DNA of 64,000 nt from Candidatus Saccharimonadales bacterium (GCA_025449905.1 JANWIN010000008.1:4642-68641); one strand, 5' to 3'; shown: positions 27,138-35,036, counted from the first letter of the stretch. Numbers and translations: made by a program. The notes: generated by a model from the sequence alone, not told the origin.

Positions 27138-27548
27138 ATGGCAAACGAAACTTTATCGCCAATGACTGACGAAGTAGCGCATTTGCGTCAGCAGCTTGCT
27201 GATACTCTAACTCATTTAGAAGAGCATCCAGAAGATGATAGTTCACTTTCTTTGTCACTATATGACTTAAGGAAAGAGGTTAGACACTATGATGCGGTTG
27301 TAAGCGGAGAAATAAGCTCCTTTCAAGTAGACTCACTTGCTGATATCCCTAAAGTACTAGTAGACGTGCGCCGGGCACGACACATGAGCCGAGTAGAGTT
27401 ATCGCAAGCGTGGGGTCTCTCAGAAGAGAATCGTCAGAGGCTTCTTGCTGATGAAGAGAACTTTTATGCCGGAATGTCTTTAGCGGGAGTTGTTTCTGCC
27501 GCAATAATTCTAGGCGCTGAGCTTAAAGGCGATATAAAGGTAGAGTAG
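27138..27548 (+). CDS. XRE-type helix-turn-helix protein (136 aa)
   Basis: C-terminal half RRARHMSRVELSQAWGLSEENRQRLLADEEN fits an HTH_XRE pattern. Confidence 0.5.
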   Translation: MANETLSPMTDEVAHLRQQLADTLTHLEEHPEDDSSLSLSLYDLRKEVRHYDAVVSGEISSFQVDSLADIPKVLVDVRRARHMSRVELSQAWGLSEENRQRLLADEENFYAGMSLAGVVSAAIILGAELKGDIKVE

Positions 27549-27630
27549 CTAAGTAGAAAAGTTTCAACTTGTTAGATAACGCTGCACCAAAATTTACCGA
27601 CTTGATCTAAAGTGCTATAGTTAAAAATAG

Positions 27631-27960
27631 ATGGGGGAAACAAAAACTGGCTCAACTGCTTACTTAGCGTACGAAAGAGGTCCATTTACGGTTCGTGTTA
27701 ATGCAGACTCCTGGCGAGCTGAAGAGGATGCCTATCTTTATCTACGTGGACATAATTTTTTTGGTGAAACTTTTCGTAGGCAATATGAAGCTACACTCCC
27801 ATTAGTTATAATTAGACCCCTCACTACTGAGGAGGTGCATATTAGTGGTAATGGCCAAGAGACAAAACTCATTTCTCACCTATTAAACCGAACGCCTGAA
27901 AGGCTAACAGATGCTACGCCAACTCAAGCTGTTCATCTTGGGCAGCTTAGCCTTATTTAA
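27631..27960 (+). CDS. hypothetical protein (109 aa)
   Basis: ORF track only; follows the HTH gene. Confidence 0.4.
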   Translation: MGETKTGSTAYLAYERGPFTVRVNADSWRAEEDAYLYLRGHNFFGETFRRQYEATLPLVIIRPLTTEEVHISGNGQETKLISHLLNRTPERLTDATPTQAVHLGQLSLI

Positions 27961-27977
27961 AGTTAAAAATTATCTCT

Positions 27978-27986
27978 TGATATAAT
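27978..27986 (+). promoter_or_regulatory. extended -10 promoter for tRNA-Thr(GGU)
   Basis: TGaTATAAT, 9 nt upstream of the tRNA 5' end. Confidence 0.45.
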
Positions 27987-27995
27987 TTCATAGGT

Positions 27996-28070
27996 GCCGT
28001 CGTAGCTCAGTGGTAGAGCACCTCCATGGTAAGGAGGGGGTCACGAGTTCAACTCTCGTCGACGGCTCCA
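27996..28070 (+). tRNA. tRNA-Thr (anticodon GGU)
   Basis: Acceptor gccgtcg/cgacggc; anticodon loop ATGGTAA; CCA encoded. Confidence 0.88.
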
Positions 28071-28118
28071 CACTTACTTATTGCATAAACAGCTCACCTC
28101 TGTTAAACTTACAATCTA

Positions 28119-28322
28119 ATGAAATACCTGCAAAAGTCTAATAAGAATAAGAAATGGGCTGGTGTTTGCGGCGGCTTTGCTGAGTATTTTGAAATAGATC
28201 CTACACTAGTCAGAGCCATTTATATCTTTATAACCATAGTTACCGGTATAATTCCCGGTTTGCTGGCATACTTTGTGCTTGCTTGGATAATGCCATCTCA
28301 GGGACAAGCTAAAAATGGCTAA
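28119..28322 (+). CDS. PspC-domain small membrane protein
   Basis: KWAGVCGGFAEYFEIDPTLVRAIYIF... is a typical PspC domain; overlaps the rpmG start by 8 nt. Confidence 0.8.
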   Translation: MKYLQKSNKNKKWAGVCGGFAEYFEIDPTLVRAIYIFITIVTGIIPGLLAYFVLAWIMPSQGQAKNG

Positions 28323-28515
28323 GACAAGCAAGCGTAAAATTGTGGGATTGGTAAGTGAAGCTAGCGGCCACCGCAGTTATTACACGACTAAAAACCCGCA
28401 AAATGTCACTGAGAAACTCAAGCTGCGGAAGTATGACCCAATTGTTAGGAAACATGTGTTCTATGTTGAGACCAAGAAAAACTTAGGCCGCAACGAAGTA
28501 AAACCAAAGAAATAA
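28315..28515 (+). CDS. rpmG: 50S ribosomal protein L33 (bL33), Cys-free form
   Basis: ...SYYTTKNPQNVTEKLKLRKYDPIVRKHVFYVETK; the CxxC pairs are replaced. Confidence 0.88.
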   Translation: MAKTSKRKIVGLVSEASGHRSYYTTKNPQNVTEKLKLRKYDPIVRKHVFYVETKKNLGRNEVKPKK

Positions 28516-28545
28516 GCTTAAACATACTGTAATATAGGTTGTGTT

Positions 28546-28622
28546 AGGGGTGTAGCTCAGTTGGCTAGAGCGACGGTCTCCAAAACCGTAGGTCGGGGGT
28601 TCAAGTCCCTCCACCCCTGCCA
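28546..28622 (+). tRNA. tRNA-Trp (anticodon CCA)
   Basis: Acceptor aggggtg/cacccct; anticodon loop CTCCAAA; CCA encoded. Confidence 0.88.
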
Positions 28623-28683
28623 AATTATTAATTGAGGGAATTGAATCCCCTGGCGGGTTAGCGCTGCACGAAGACAGAGCGCT

Positions 28684-28701
28684 GTCCCTCCACCCCTGCC
28701 A
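28684..28701 (+). repeat. 18-bp direct duplicate of the tRNA-Trp 3' end
   Basis: gtccctccacccctgcca at 28605-28622 and again at 28684-28701. Confidence 0.85.
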
Positions 28702-28740
28702 TTTATAAAACTCCTATAATCTGTTATAAATACTATTGAT

Positions 28741-29406
28741 ATGGCTAAGATAAACCTCACAAAACCAATTATTATATTACCGTATGGTTATCCAGGGGCT
28801 GGCAAAACTTATTTTTCGAGCCAGTTAGGCGACTATATCAATATTGCCCATTTAAGTAGTGACCGCTTGCGCCATGAAATAAACGAAAAACCAACTTATA
28901 GCCGGCAGGAAGATGAACTGGTTGAGAGGTTAATGCAGTATTTGGCGGAAGAGTTCCTGCGGGCAGGCACCAGTGTGGCTTATGATGCCAATCTTTCGCG
29001 GCTGGGTACGCGGCGACAATTGCAAGCTATTGCCCGACAGTATCACGCCGTTCCGTTGACTATTTGGTTTCAGATTGATATTGAGGCTGCCTTTTATAGG
29101 ATCGCCAAGCGGGACAGACGTAAAATTGAGGATAAGTACGCTACGCCTTATGACCGCTCAACCTTTGATGATTACTCTAAAACTATGCAAACTCCCCGGA
29201 ACGAGGATTACATAGTACTGAGCGGCAAACACACCTTTAATACTCAAAAGAGTGCATTAGTTAATAAGCTCTATGCCATGGGTCTAATTAGTGGTGATAG
29301 TGCCTCATCACAAGTTATTAAGCCCGGAATGGTAAATCTAGTAGCTTCGCAGCAGCTAAGGGCGGGCCGAGTGGATACATCGCGCCGCAATATAGTTATA
29401 CGCTGA
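28741..29406 (+). CDS. P-loop kinase (AAA_33 / polynucleotide-kinase-like)
   Basis: Walker A YGYPGAGKTY; about 220 aa; family assignment by eye. Confidence 0.6.
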   Translation: MAKINLTKPIIILPYGYPGAGKTYFSSQLGDYINIAHLSSDRLRHEINEKPTYSRQEDELVERLMQYLAEEFLRAGTSVAYDANLSRLGTRRQLQAIARQYHAVPLTIWFQIDIEAAFYRIAKRDRRKIEDKYATPYDRSTFDDYSKTMQTPRNEDYIVLSGKHTFNTQKSALVNKLYAMGLISGDSASSQVIKPGMVNLVASQQLRAGRVDTSRRNIVIR

Positions 29407-30098
29407 TGGCCTTTAAAGAATTTGATTTACAAGGCGTGGGTAAAGTTAAGATTTATAAACGGCGCGGTACCAGGGGGCTGCGTTTAAGTTTGCACCCAGA
29501 GAATTACGTAAGAGTTACAATGCCAACTTGGCTACCATATAAGACTGGCCTGGATTTTGCGCGTTCCAGGAGGACCTGGATTAACCAACACCGCCAGCCC
29601 CTACGCCTACTGCGGCAAAATATGAAAATTGGCAAGCAGTATCAGCTGAAGTTTATCGCTAGCAATATAAAGCAGCCTCGAACAGCTATAGCAGCGTCCA
29701 GAATTATGGTTCAGTATCCGTCAATTAGTTCCATCTACAGCGCTGATGTTCAAAATATGGCCAGAAAAGCCTCGCTAAGAGCCTTAAAGAAAGAAGCGCC
29801 GCAACTACTAAGTCTGCGGCTAGAACAGCTAGCAAAACAACATAGATTTAAATATAAAATTGTTAAATTTCGTTATCTTAAATCGCGCTGGGGCAGCTGT
29901 ACGTCTAAAAAAGAGATAACCCTAAACATCATGCTGCTGAATTTGCCCTGGCAACTTATTGATCATGTAATACTCCACGAGCTTTTGCACACTAAAGTCT
30001 TAAAACATGGGCCAAAGTTTTGGAAAGAATTTGAAAAAATTGAACCCGAAGCAAAGTCTCTTCAAAAAAAACTCCGCCATCATCAACCAGCATTCTAG
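29406..30098 (+). CDS. YgjP-like (DUF45/M48-type) zinc metallohydrolase
   Basis: HELLHTKVLKHGPKFW zincin motif near the C-terminus; TGATG overlap with the kinase gene. Confidence 0.75.
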   Translation: MAFKEFDLQGVGKVKIYKRRGTRGLRLSLHPENYVRVTMPTWLPYKTGLDFARSRRTWINQHRQPLRLLRQNMKIGKQYQLKFIASNIKQPRTAIAASRIMVQYPSISSIYSADVQNMARKASLRALKKEAPQLLSLRLEQLAKQHRFKYKIVKFRYLKSRWGSCTSKKEITLNIMLLNLPWQLIDHVILHELLHTKVLKHGPKFWKEFEKIEPEAKSLQKKLRHHQPAF

Positions 30099-30121
30099 AT
30101 TAAGCAAGTTTATGTAATAAT

Positions 30122-30212
30122 GCGGCTTTGCCTTATAAGACAAAACTACGTTTTTTCTCACCAAAGCCGGAAAAATGAAATACATTTTAGTCGGGCTGCT
30201 CTTTTTCCTTAA
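30122..30212 (-). repeat. ~91-bp hairpin-bearing repeat element, copy A
   Basis: About 80 of 91 positions match the reverse complement of 45064-45154 by eye. Internal helix GGCTTTG...CAAAGCC. Flanked by the 12-bp direct repeat TTATGTAATAAT (30110-21, 30224-35). Confidence 0.75.
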
Positions 30213-30242
30213 GCTGCTTCAAATTATGTAATAATAAGGCAT

Positions 30243-31349
30243 ATGCTTAGACAGACTCTTAGTGGAAGCCGCCCGGCAATCGTGGAGCGCGAGCGACTCA
30301 CTAGTCTTATTAACAGCATGGCTGACGGAGTGATTGCGACTGACGACAAGGTTAACATCTTACTTTATAACGGCGCTGCGCTAAATATTCTAGACTCAAA
30401 TAGCATGATAGGCGGCAAATCATTGTCAAGTATATTGCAGCTAAAAGACAAGAATGACCGACCGGTAGATGTTCAAAAGTTAGTTCTGGGCGCCAAAACA
30501 CCAATTGTATCGCGCGAAATGCGTATACATTACGGTGATAGCAGTACTATAAATCTGTATATTAGCATCGCGCCGGTAAAGTTTGGCTTTGGCCATATGG
30601 GCAATGCTGGGTATGTAATTGTGCTGCGTGATATTACTCGTGAAAAATCTCTGGAAGAAGAACGTGATGAATTCATAAGCGTAGTTAGCCATGAGCTTCG
30701 CACTCCAATTACTATAGCTGAAGGTAATATAAGTAACGCTAAACTTATGGCTCAGCAAGGAACGGACCTGACTAAAATTGAGGAGGCGCTGGAGCATGCC
30801 CATAACCAAGTAGAGTTTTTGGCCGGTTTAATAAATGATTTGGCCACTTTGTCTCGTGCTGAACGCGGCAAACTAACAGTCGATATAGAGACTATAAACG
30901 TCCATGACCTAGTTAACGAACTGGCCGAAAATTACTTACCAGAAGTTCGCGGTAAAGGTCTAGAGCTTAAAATTTTCCTGGACCCAACACTGCAGGCTAT
31001 TAATTCGAGCAAGCTCTACGTACGCGAAATTTTGCAAAACTTTATAACTAACTCCATCAAGTATACTGATCACGGCTCGATAACCATTAGTGCCCAGCGC
31101 CGGGAAGGCGGAGTTCTATTTGAAGTTAGTGATACGGGTATTGGCATTAGCAAGCAGGATCAAGGCAAGATTTTTGAAAAATTCTTTAGGTCTGAAGATT
31201 ACCGTACTAAGAAAACTAGTGGCACTGGGCTTGGACTTTATGTAACTAAAAAATTACTTTCTTTACTGCACGCTCAAATGAGTTTTGAGAGTGAGCTTAA
31301 TAAGGGCACGACCTTTAAGGTTTTTATACCAAGCTTAAAATTAATGTAA
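30243..31349 (+). CDS. cytoplasmic PAS-domain sensor histidine kinase (orphan)
   Basis: H-box SHELRTPIT; N, G1 (DTGIGI) and G2 (GTGLGL) boxes; no TM segment; no adjacent response regulator. Confidence 0.88.
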   Translation: MLRQTLSGSRPAIVERERLTSLINSMADGVIATDDKVNILLYNGAALNILDSNSMIGGKSLSSILQLKDKNDRPVDVQKLVLGAKTPIVSREMRIHYGDSSTINLYISIAPVKFGFGHMGNAGYVIVLRDITREKSLEEERDEFISVVSHELRTPITIAEGNISNAKLMAQQGTDLTKIEEALEHAHNQVEFLAGLINDLATLSRAERGKLTVDIETINVHDLVNELAENYLPEVRGKGLELKIFLDPTLQAINSSKLYVREILQNFITNSIKYTDHGSITISAQRREGGVLFEVSDTGIGISKQDQGKIFEKFFRSEDYRTKKTSGTGLGLYVTKKLLSLLHAQMSFESELNKGTTFKVFIPSLKLM

Positions 31350-31392
31350 GTCTTGACTGTAATTTTCTATCTGTTATATACTTGATTCAGCG

Positions 31393-31419
31393 AAACCTGT
31401 CTGTATGATAGGTTTTTTT
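31393..31419 (+). terminator. intrinsic terminator after the histidine kinase
   Basis: AAACCT / 11-nt loop / AGGTTT followed by a T-run. Promoter-like TTGACT-N16-TATATA (31353-80) sits just upstream, so its role is ambiguous. Confidence 0.45.
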
Positions 31420-31469
31420 AATTCACCTGCCTAAAATTTCGAAGAAACTTTAGTAGGTTAAGGAGTTAG

Positions 31470-31805
31470 ATGGCGGAAGAAGTTAAGAAAAGGCGCCTGC
31501 AAGCGGCCAACGAGCCAACAAAGGCTGAAAAAAAAGCTGACAAGCCTAAAGCCAGCCATTCTGCTGTTGGTAAAGTTTTCCATGTCATATTTTATCCTTT
31601 CAGGATTTTTAAGTTCTTGAAATTCTTAGTTCCATCTTACTTTAAGAATGCCTTTAAAGAACTCCGTCTAGTAACTTGGCCGTCGCGTAAGGAAACTATG
31701 AAGCTGACCTTTGCAGTTTTCATGTTTGCTATCATATTCGGAGCTTTTATAACCGCCCTAGACTACATACTTAACAATATATTTAAAAGGATATTACTAC
31801 GATGA
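31470..31805 (+). CDS. secE: preprotein translocase subunit SecE with K-rich N-terminal extension
   Basis: C-terminal VTWPSRKETMKLTFAVFMFAIIFGAFITALD is typical of SecE. Confidence 0.85.
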   Translation: MAEEVKKRRLQAANEPTKAEKKADKPKASHSAVGKVFHVIFYPFRIFKFLKFLVPSYFKNAFKELRLVTWPSRKETMKLTFAVFMFAIIFGAFITALDYILNNIFKRILLR

Positions 31806-32344
31806 CAAAACGTTATGACACAACCAAACACTGGTACGCTATCCACACTTATAGCGGTTACGAAGAAAAAGTAGCCGAGAGTATCCGCCAGCGAGCCGAC
31901 AGCCTAGATATGAAAGACAAGATCTTTCAAGTTTTAGTACCTAAAGAAAAAATGATTGAGATTAAAAACGGCAAGCGTAAAGTCGTAGAAAAGCGTATTT
32001 TTCAGGGTTATGTACTGGTTGAAATGAAATTATCCGAAGACGCCTGGTATATTGTCCGAAATACACCAAGTGTAACCGGCTTTGTCGGCAGTGGTACCGA
32101 ACCCACGCCAATTAGTGACGACGAGATGGAAAAGATTAACAAACGTATGGGTCTGGAACAGCCCAAGCACAAGATTGACTTCAAAGTTGGTGAAGTGGTG
32201 AACATTACTGATGGGCCGTTTAAGGGCTTTGATGGCAGTATAAACGATATTGACACTCAAAAAGGCAAGCTAAAGGTCTTAGTTAACATGTTCGGCCGCG
32301 AAACACCGGTTGAACTGGATAGCTTACAGGTTAAGAGAGTATAG
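31802..32344 (+). CDS. nusG: transcription termination/antitermination factor NusG
   Basis: HWYAIHTYSGYEEKV NGN domain and C-terminal KOW; ATGA overlap with secE. Confidence 0.95.
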   Translation: MTKRYDTTKHWYAIHTYSGYEEKVAESIRQRADSLDMKDKIFQVLVPKEKMIEIKNGKRKVVEKRIFQGYVLVEMKLSEDAWYIVRNTPSVTGFVGSGTEPTPISDDEMEKINKRMGLEQPKHKIDFKVGEVVNITDGPFKGFDGSINDIDTQKGKLKVLVNMFGRETPVELDSLQVKRV

Positions 32345-32353
32345 AGCTAAAAT

Positions 32354-32590
32354 ATGGCTTCTGAACAACAGCCTTCACCAGAGCAAGACATTGCGGACTA
32401 CAAAAGAAAGTTGAAAGTAGCGCGTGGCACGGCCGCGATCTGTCTTGGATTTGGAGTAGGCAATGGTCTCAAAGCAGTAGTTGAAGCAGTAAATGGTGAT
32501 TGGCATCAAGCTGGTGAGTCTGCAGGTTTAGGTGCTATCTTTTTTGGTAAGTTCAGTAATGCCGATAGGTATAGCAAGAGATTACGGTGA
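32354..32590 (+). CDS. orphan small protein (78 aa) between nusG and rplK
   Basis: ORF track; Gly/Ala-rich hydrophobic stretches; no motif. Confidence 0.35.
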   Translation: MASEQQPSPEQDIADYKRKLKVARGTAAICLGFGVGNGLKAVVEAVNGDWHQAGESAGLGAIFFGKFSNADRYSKRLR

Positions 32591-32648
32591 CTCAATTGCG
32601 GAAATTGCTAGACAACAGGGGTCGAATCCTGTAGAATAGGCTAAATTT

Positions 32649-33071
32649 ATGGCAAAACAAGTTACAGCAAATCTTAAGATGAAAATACCAGCCGGCAAAG
32701 CCAGTCCAGCACCGCCTGTGGGCAGTATTTTAGGCCAATATGGTGTTAATATGATGGATTTTATTAATCCGTTTAACGAGCAAACCAAAGAGTTAAAAGG
32801 TACCGTGACTGCCCATATCCGCATTTATGATGACAGAACTATGGATTTCAGGGTCATCAGCCAGCCCACAGATGACCTTATCAGGGCAAAATTAGGCATA
32901 GAGAAGGGCTCAGGTGTCCCCAACCGCGAGAAAATAGAGAAAAAGCTGTCAGATGCCCTATTGACCGAAATAGCTGAGGAAAAGGCTAAGGATATGAATA
33001 CTGAAGATATTGAGGCTGTAAAGAAGATTGTCGCTGGCACAGCCCGCAGCATGGGTGTGGAGATAGGATAA
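32649..33071 (+). CDS. rplK: 50S ribosomal protein L11 (uL11)
   Basis: IPAGKASPAPPVGSILGQYGVNMMDF is canonical. Confidence 0.96.
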   Translation: MAKQVTANLKMKIPAGKASPAPPVGSILGQYGVNMMDFINPFNEQTKELKGTVTAHIRIYDDRTMDFRVISQPTDDLIRAKLGIEKGSGVPNREKIEKKLSDALLTEIAEEKAKDMNTEDIEAVKKIVAGTARSMGVEIG

Positions 33072-33075
33072 GAAT

Positions 33076-33420
33076 ATGGGGGTTAATATCGAGACATTAG
33101 GTGCTTCAGGCTATAAATACGCTGTGTCTGAATTTACCGGGTTTAGATTTGGGGATATAGAGCTGCACGGAACCGTGAGAATCGGCACAGATATTAGACT
33201 TTCGGACTCATGGAAAGAAGATTTTGAAAAATTAAATGGTATACACCCGGATGAGCAGGTAAGGAGAGATTCTGGTAATTTAGTAGAAGGCTATGATGAT
33301 TGGGACAGGAAAGTTCGTGAGCTTGAAGCGAGCAGAATCCCACGGTTCATAGCAACTGCAGCTCACTTGAGAACGCAATTGGGTATGCAACCATTAGGTG
33401 AAATAACAGACGGAAAATAA
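33076..33420 (+). CDS. orphan protein (114 aa) between rplK and rplA
   Basis: ATG 4 nt after the rplK stop; no motif. Confidence 0.45.
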   Translation: MGVNIETLGASGYKYAVSEFTGFRFGDIELHGTVRIGTDIRLSDSWKEDFEKLNGIHPDEQVRRDSGNLVEGYDDWDRKVRELEASRIPRFIATAAHLRTQLGMQPLGEITDGK

Positions 33421-33472
33421 ATTAAATTTGTGGGAGAGTTAGAAACTCGTAAGTACCACGAAAGGAGTCATT

Positions 33473-34387
33473 ATGGCGGAAACCAAAAAAACAGCTGAGA
33501 AAACTGAAGAAAAACCAAAAACTGTCAAGAATAAAGTAGAAACTAAACCTGCTGCTGAAGAAAAGGTAGTGGCGAAGGCTGGCAAACGCAGCGCCAAAGC
33601 CATTAAAGAGTCTGAAGAGAAAGTAGCTAAAGAAGAGCGTAAAGCAGTAAAAGCTAGTGACAAAGAAGCTGATAAGCCTAAGAAACCTGTCAAGCCGGCC
33701 CGTAGCCGGTTGGAGCGTCGTAGTAAAAAGTACCGTGAAAGCGCAAAGCTTATAGATAAAACTAAGCAATACGCACTTAAAGATTCACTTGAGCTAGCTA
33801 TAAAAACATCTACAGTTAAGTTTGATGCATCAGTTGAGATGCATGTTCGTTTAGGCGTAGATCCAAAGACGGCTGATCAGAACATTCGTGACACCGTTAC
33901 CTTACCAGCCGGTACCGGTAAGGATGTCAAAATAGCAGTTTTTACAGATGAACCTGCCGATAAGATAAAGCAAGCTGGCGCTGACATCGTCGGCAATGAA
34001 GATTTTCTGGCTCAACTGGAGAAAGAAAACCTAAACTTTGACGTTTTAATAACCTCACCGCAAATGATGGCTAAATTAGCTAAATATGCGCGTATTTTAG
34101 GTCCGCGAGGTCTTATGCCCAATCCAAAAAGCGGCACAGTGGCAAAAGATTTAACAGCAGCAGTAAAAGGCGCCAAAGGCGGCCGCGTAGAATACCGAGT
34201 AGATAGTGAAGGCATAATCCACTTGGCTATTGGTAAGGTTAGCTTTGGGCCTGAAAAACTCCAGCAAAACGCCGAGGCTATAGTCAAAAGTATAAAAGCT
34301 GCTAAACCCAGCTCTATCAAAGGCATTTACATTCAGTCTACATATATTACAACCAGCATGGGACCAAGCATTAAAGTCGAGCTATAA
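33473..34387 (+). CDS. rplA: 50S ribosomal protein L1 (uL1) with ~80-aa K/E-rich N-terminal extension
   Basis: uL1 core from RSKKYRESAKLID...; SD aaggag; 304 aa. Confidence 0.93.
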   Translation: MAETKKTAEKTEEKPKTVKNKVETKPAAEEKVVAKAGKRSAKAIKESEEKVAKEERKAVKASDKEADKPKKPVKPARSRLERRSKKYRESAKLIDKTKQYALKDSLELAIKTSTVKFDASVEMHVRLGVDPKTADQNIRDTVTLPAGTGKDVKIAVFTDEPADKIKQAGADIVGNEDFLAQLEKENLNFDVLITSPQMMAKLAKYARILGPRGLMPNPKSGTVAKDLTAAVKGAKGGRVEYRVDSEGIIHLAIGKVSFGPEKLQQNAEAIVKSIKAAKPSSIKGIYIQSTYITTSMGPSIKVEL

Positions 34388-34394
34388 TAGCGAG

Positions 34395-35036
34395 GTGAGT
34401 CAAAAACAAGGTCGAGTTATTGCCTTTGACGGACCGGATGGTGTTGGTAAAAGCAGCCAATTAAAACTTTTGGCCAACTACTTATTAGGAAAGGGCTATA
34501 AGGTATTTAAAACCCGCTCGGCCGGCGGAACGCCAATAGGTGTAGCTTTAAGGGCTGCTTCGCTTTTAAACGTTCCGCGCCAACCAGAAACTGATCTTTA
34601 TATTTCCTTAGCCGGTCAAACTGATGTTGGCTACCAAATTAAGAACCGTAAAAGTACAGGCGAGATTATTCTAGTGGACCGTAGCCCTTTAACAATTATT
34701 GCCTATCAAGTTTTTGCCAGTAATCTACCAATACCAAAACAGGGCTACGACGCCTGTGAAAAAATGTTAAAGTTATGGAGTATTGACGACCTAATAGTTT
34801 TTGATGCTCCAGAGTCTATACTTAAGGGCCGCCGCGACAAGCGAAAGCAGGAAGATAAATCAGCTGCCAACAACTATTTTGAACGGCAAAACGACAATTA
34901 TCACAAGCAAACCCAAGCTGGTTACCGTGAAGCGACTAAATTTGCTCAAAAACTTGGTGTTAATACTGTCAAGATTGATGCTTCGCCTACGATTGATATA
35001 ATTCAGGATGACATCCGAAATAAGCTGGGACTTTAG
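34395..35036 (+). CDS. tmk: thymidylate kinase (paralog 1)
   Basis: VIAFDGPDGVGKSSQ P-loop, DRSPLTIIAYQ; GTG start. Confidence 0.8.
   Translation: MSQKQGRVIAFDGPDGVGKSSQLKLLANYLLGKGYKVFKTRSAGGTPIGVALRAASLLNVPRQPETDLYISLAGQTDVGYQIKNRKSTGEIILVDRSPLTIIAYQVFASNLPIPKQGYDACEKMLKLWSIDDLIVFDAPESILKGRRDKRKQEDKSAANNYFERQNDNYHKQTQAGYREATKFAQKLGVNTVKIDASPTIDIIQDDIRNKLGL

Noticed and set aside
28557-28760. 67-aa minus-strand ORF, and the 63-aa plus-strand ORF at 26358-26549
   Set aside because: Both run through tRNA genes (tRNA-Trp and tRNA-Tyr) and so are spurious.
31353-31380. Promoter-like TTGACT-N16-TATATA after the histidine kinase gene
   Set aside because: It sits immediately upstream of the kinase terminator hairpin (31393-31419), so transcripts from it would terminate at once. 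It is ambiguous and not called as a feature.
33422-33769. 115-aa and 84-aa minus-strand ORFs
   Set aside because: They are antisense to the K/E-rich N-terminal extension of rplA. Their F/S/L-rich low-complexity sequence is the mirror image of the AAG/GAA-rich sense strand.
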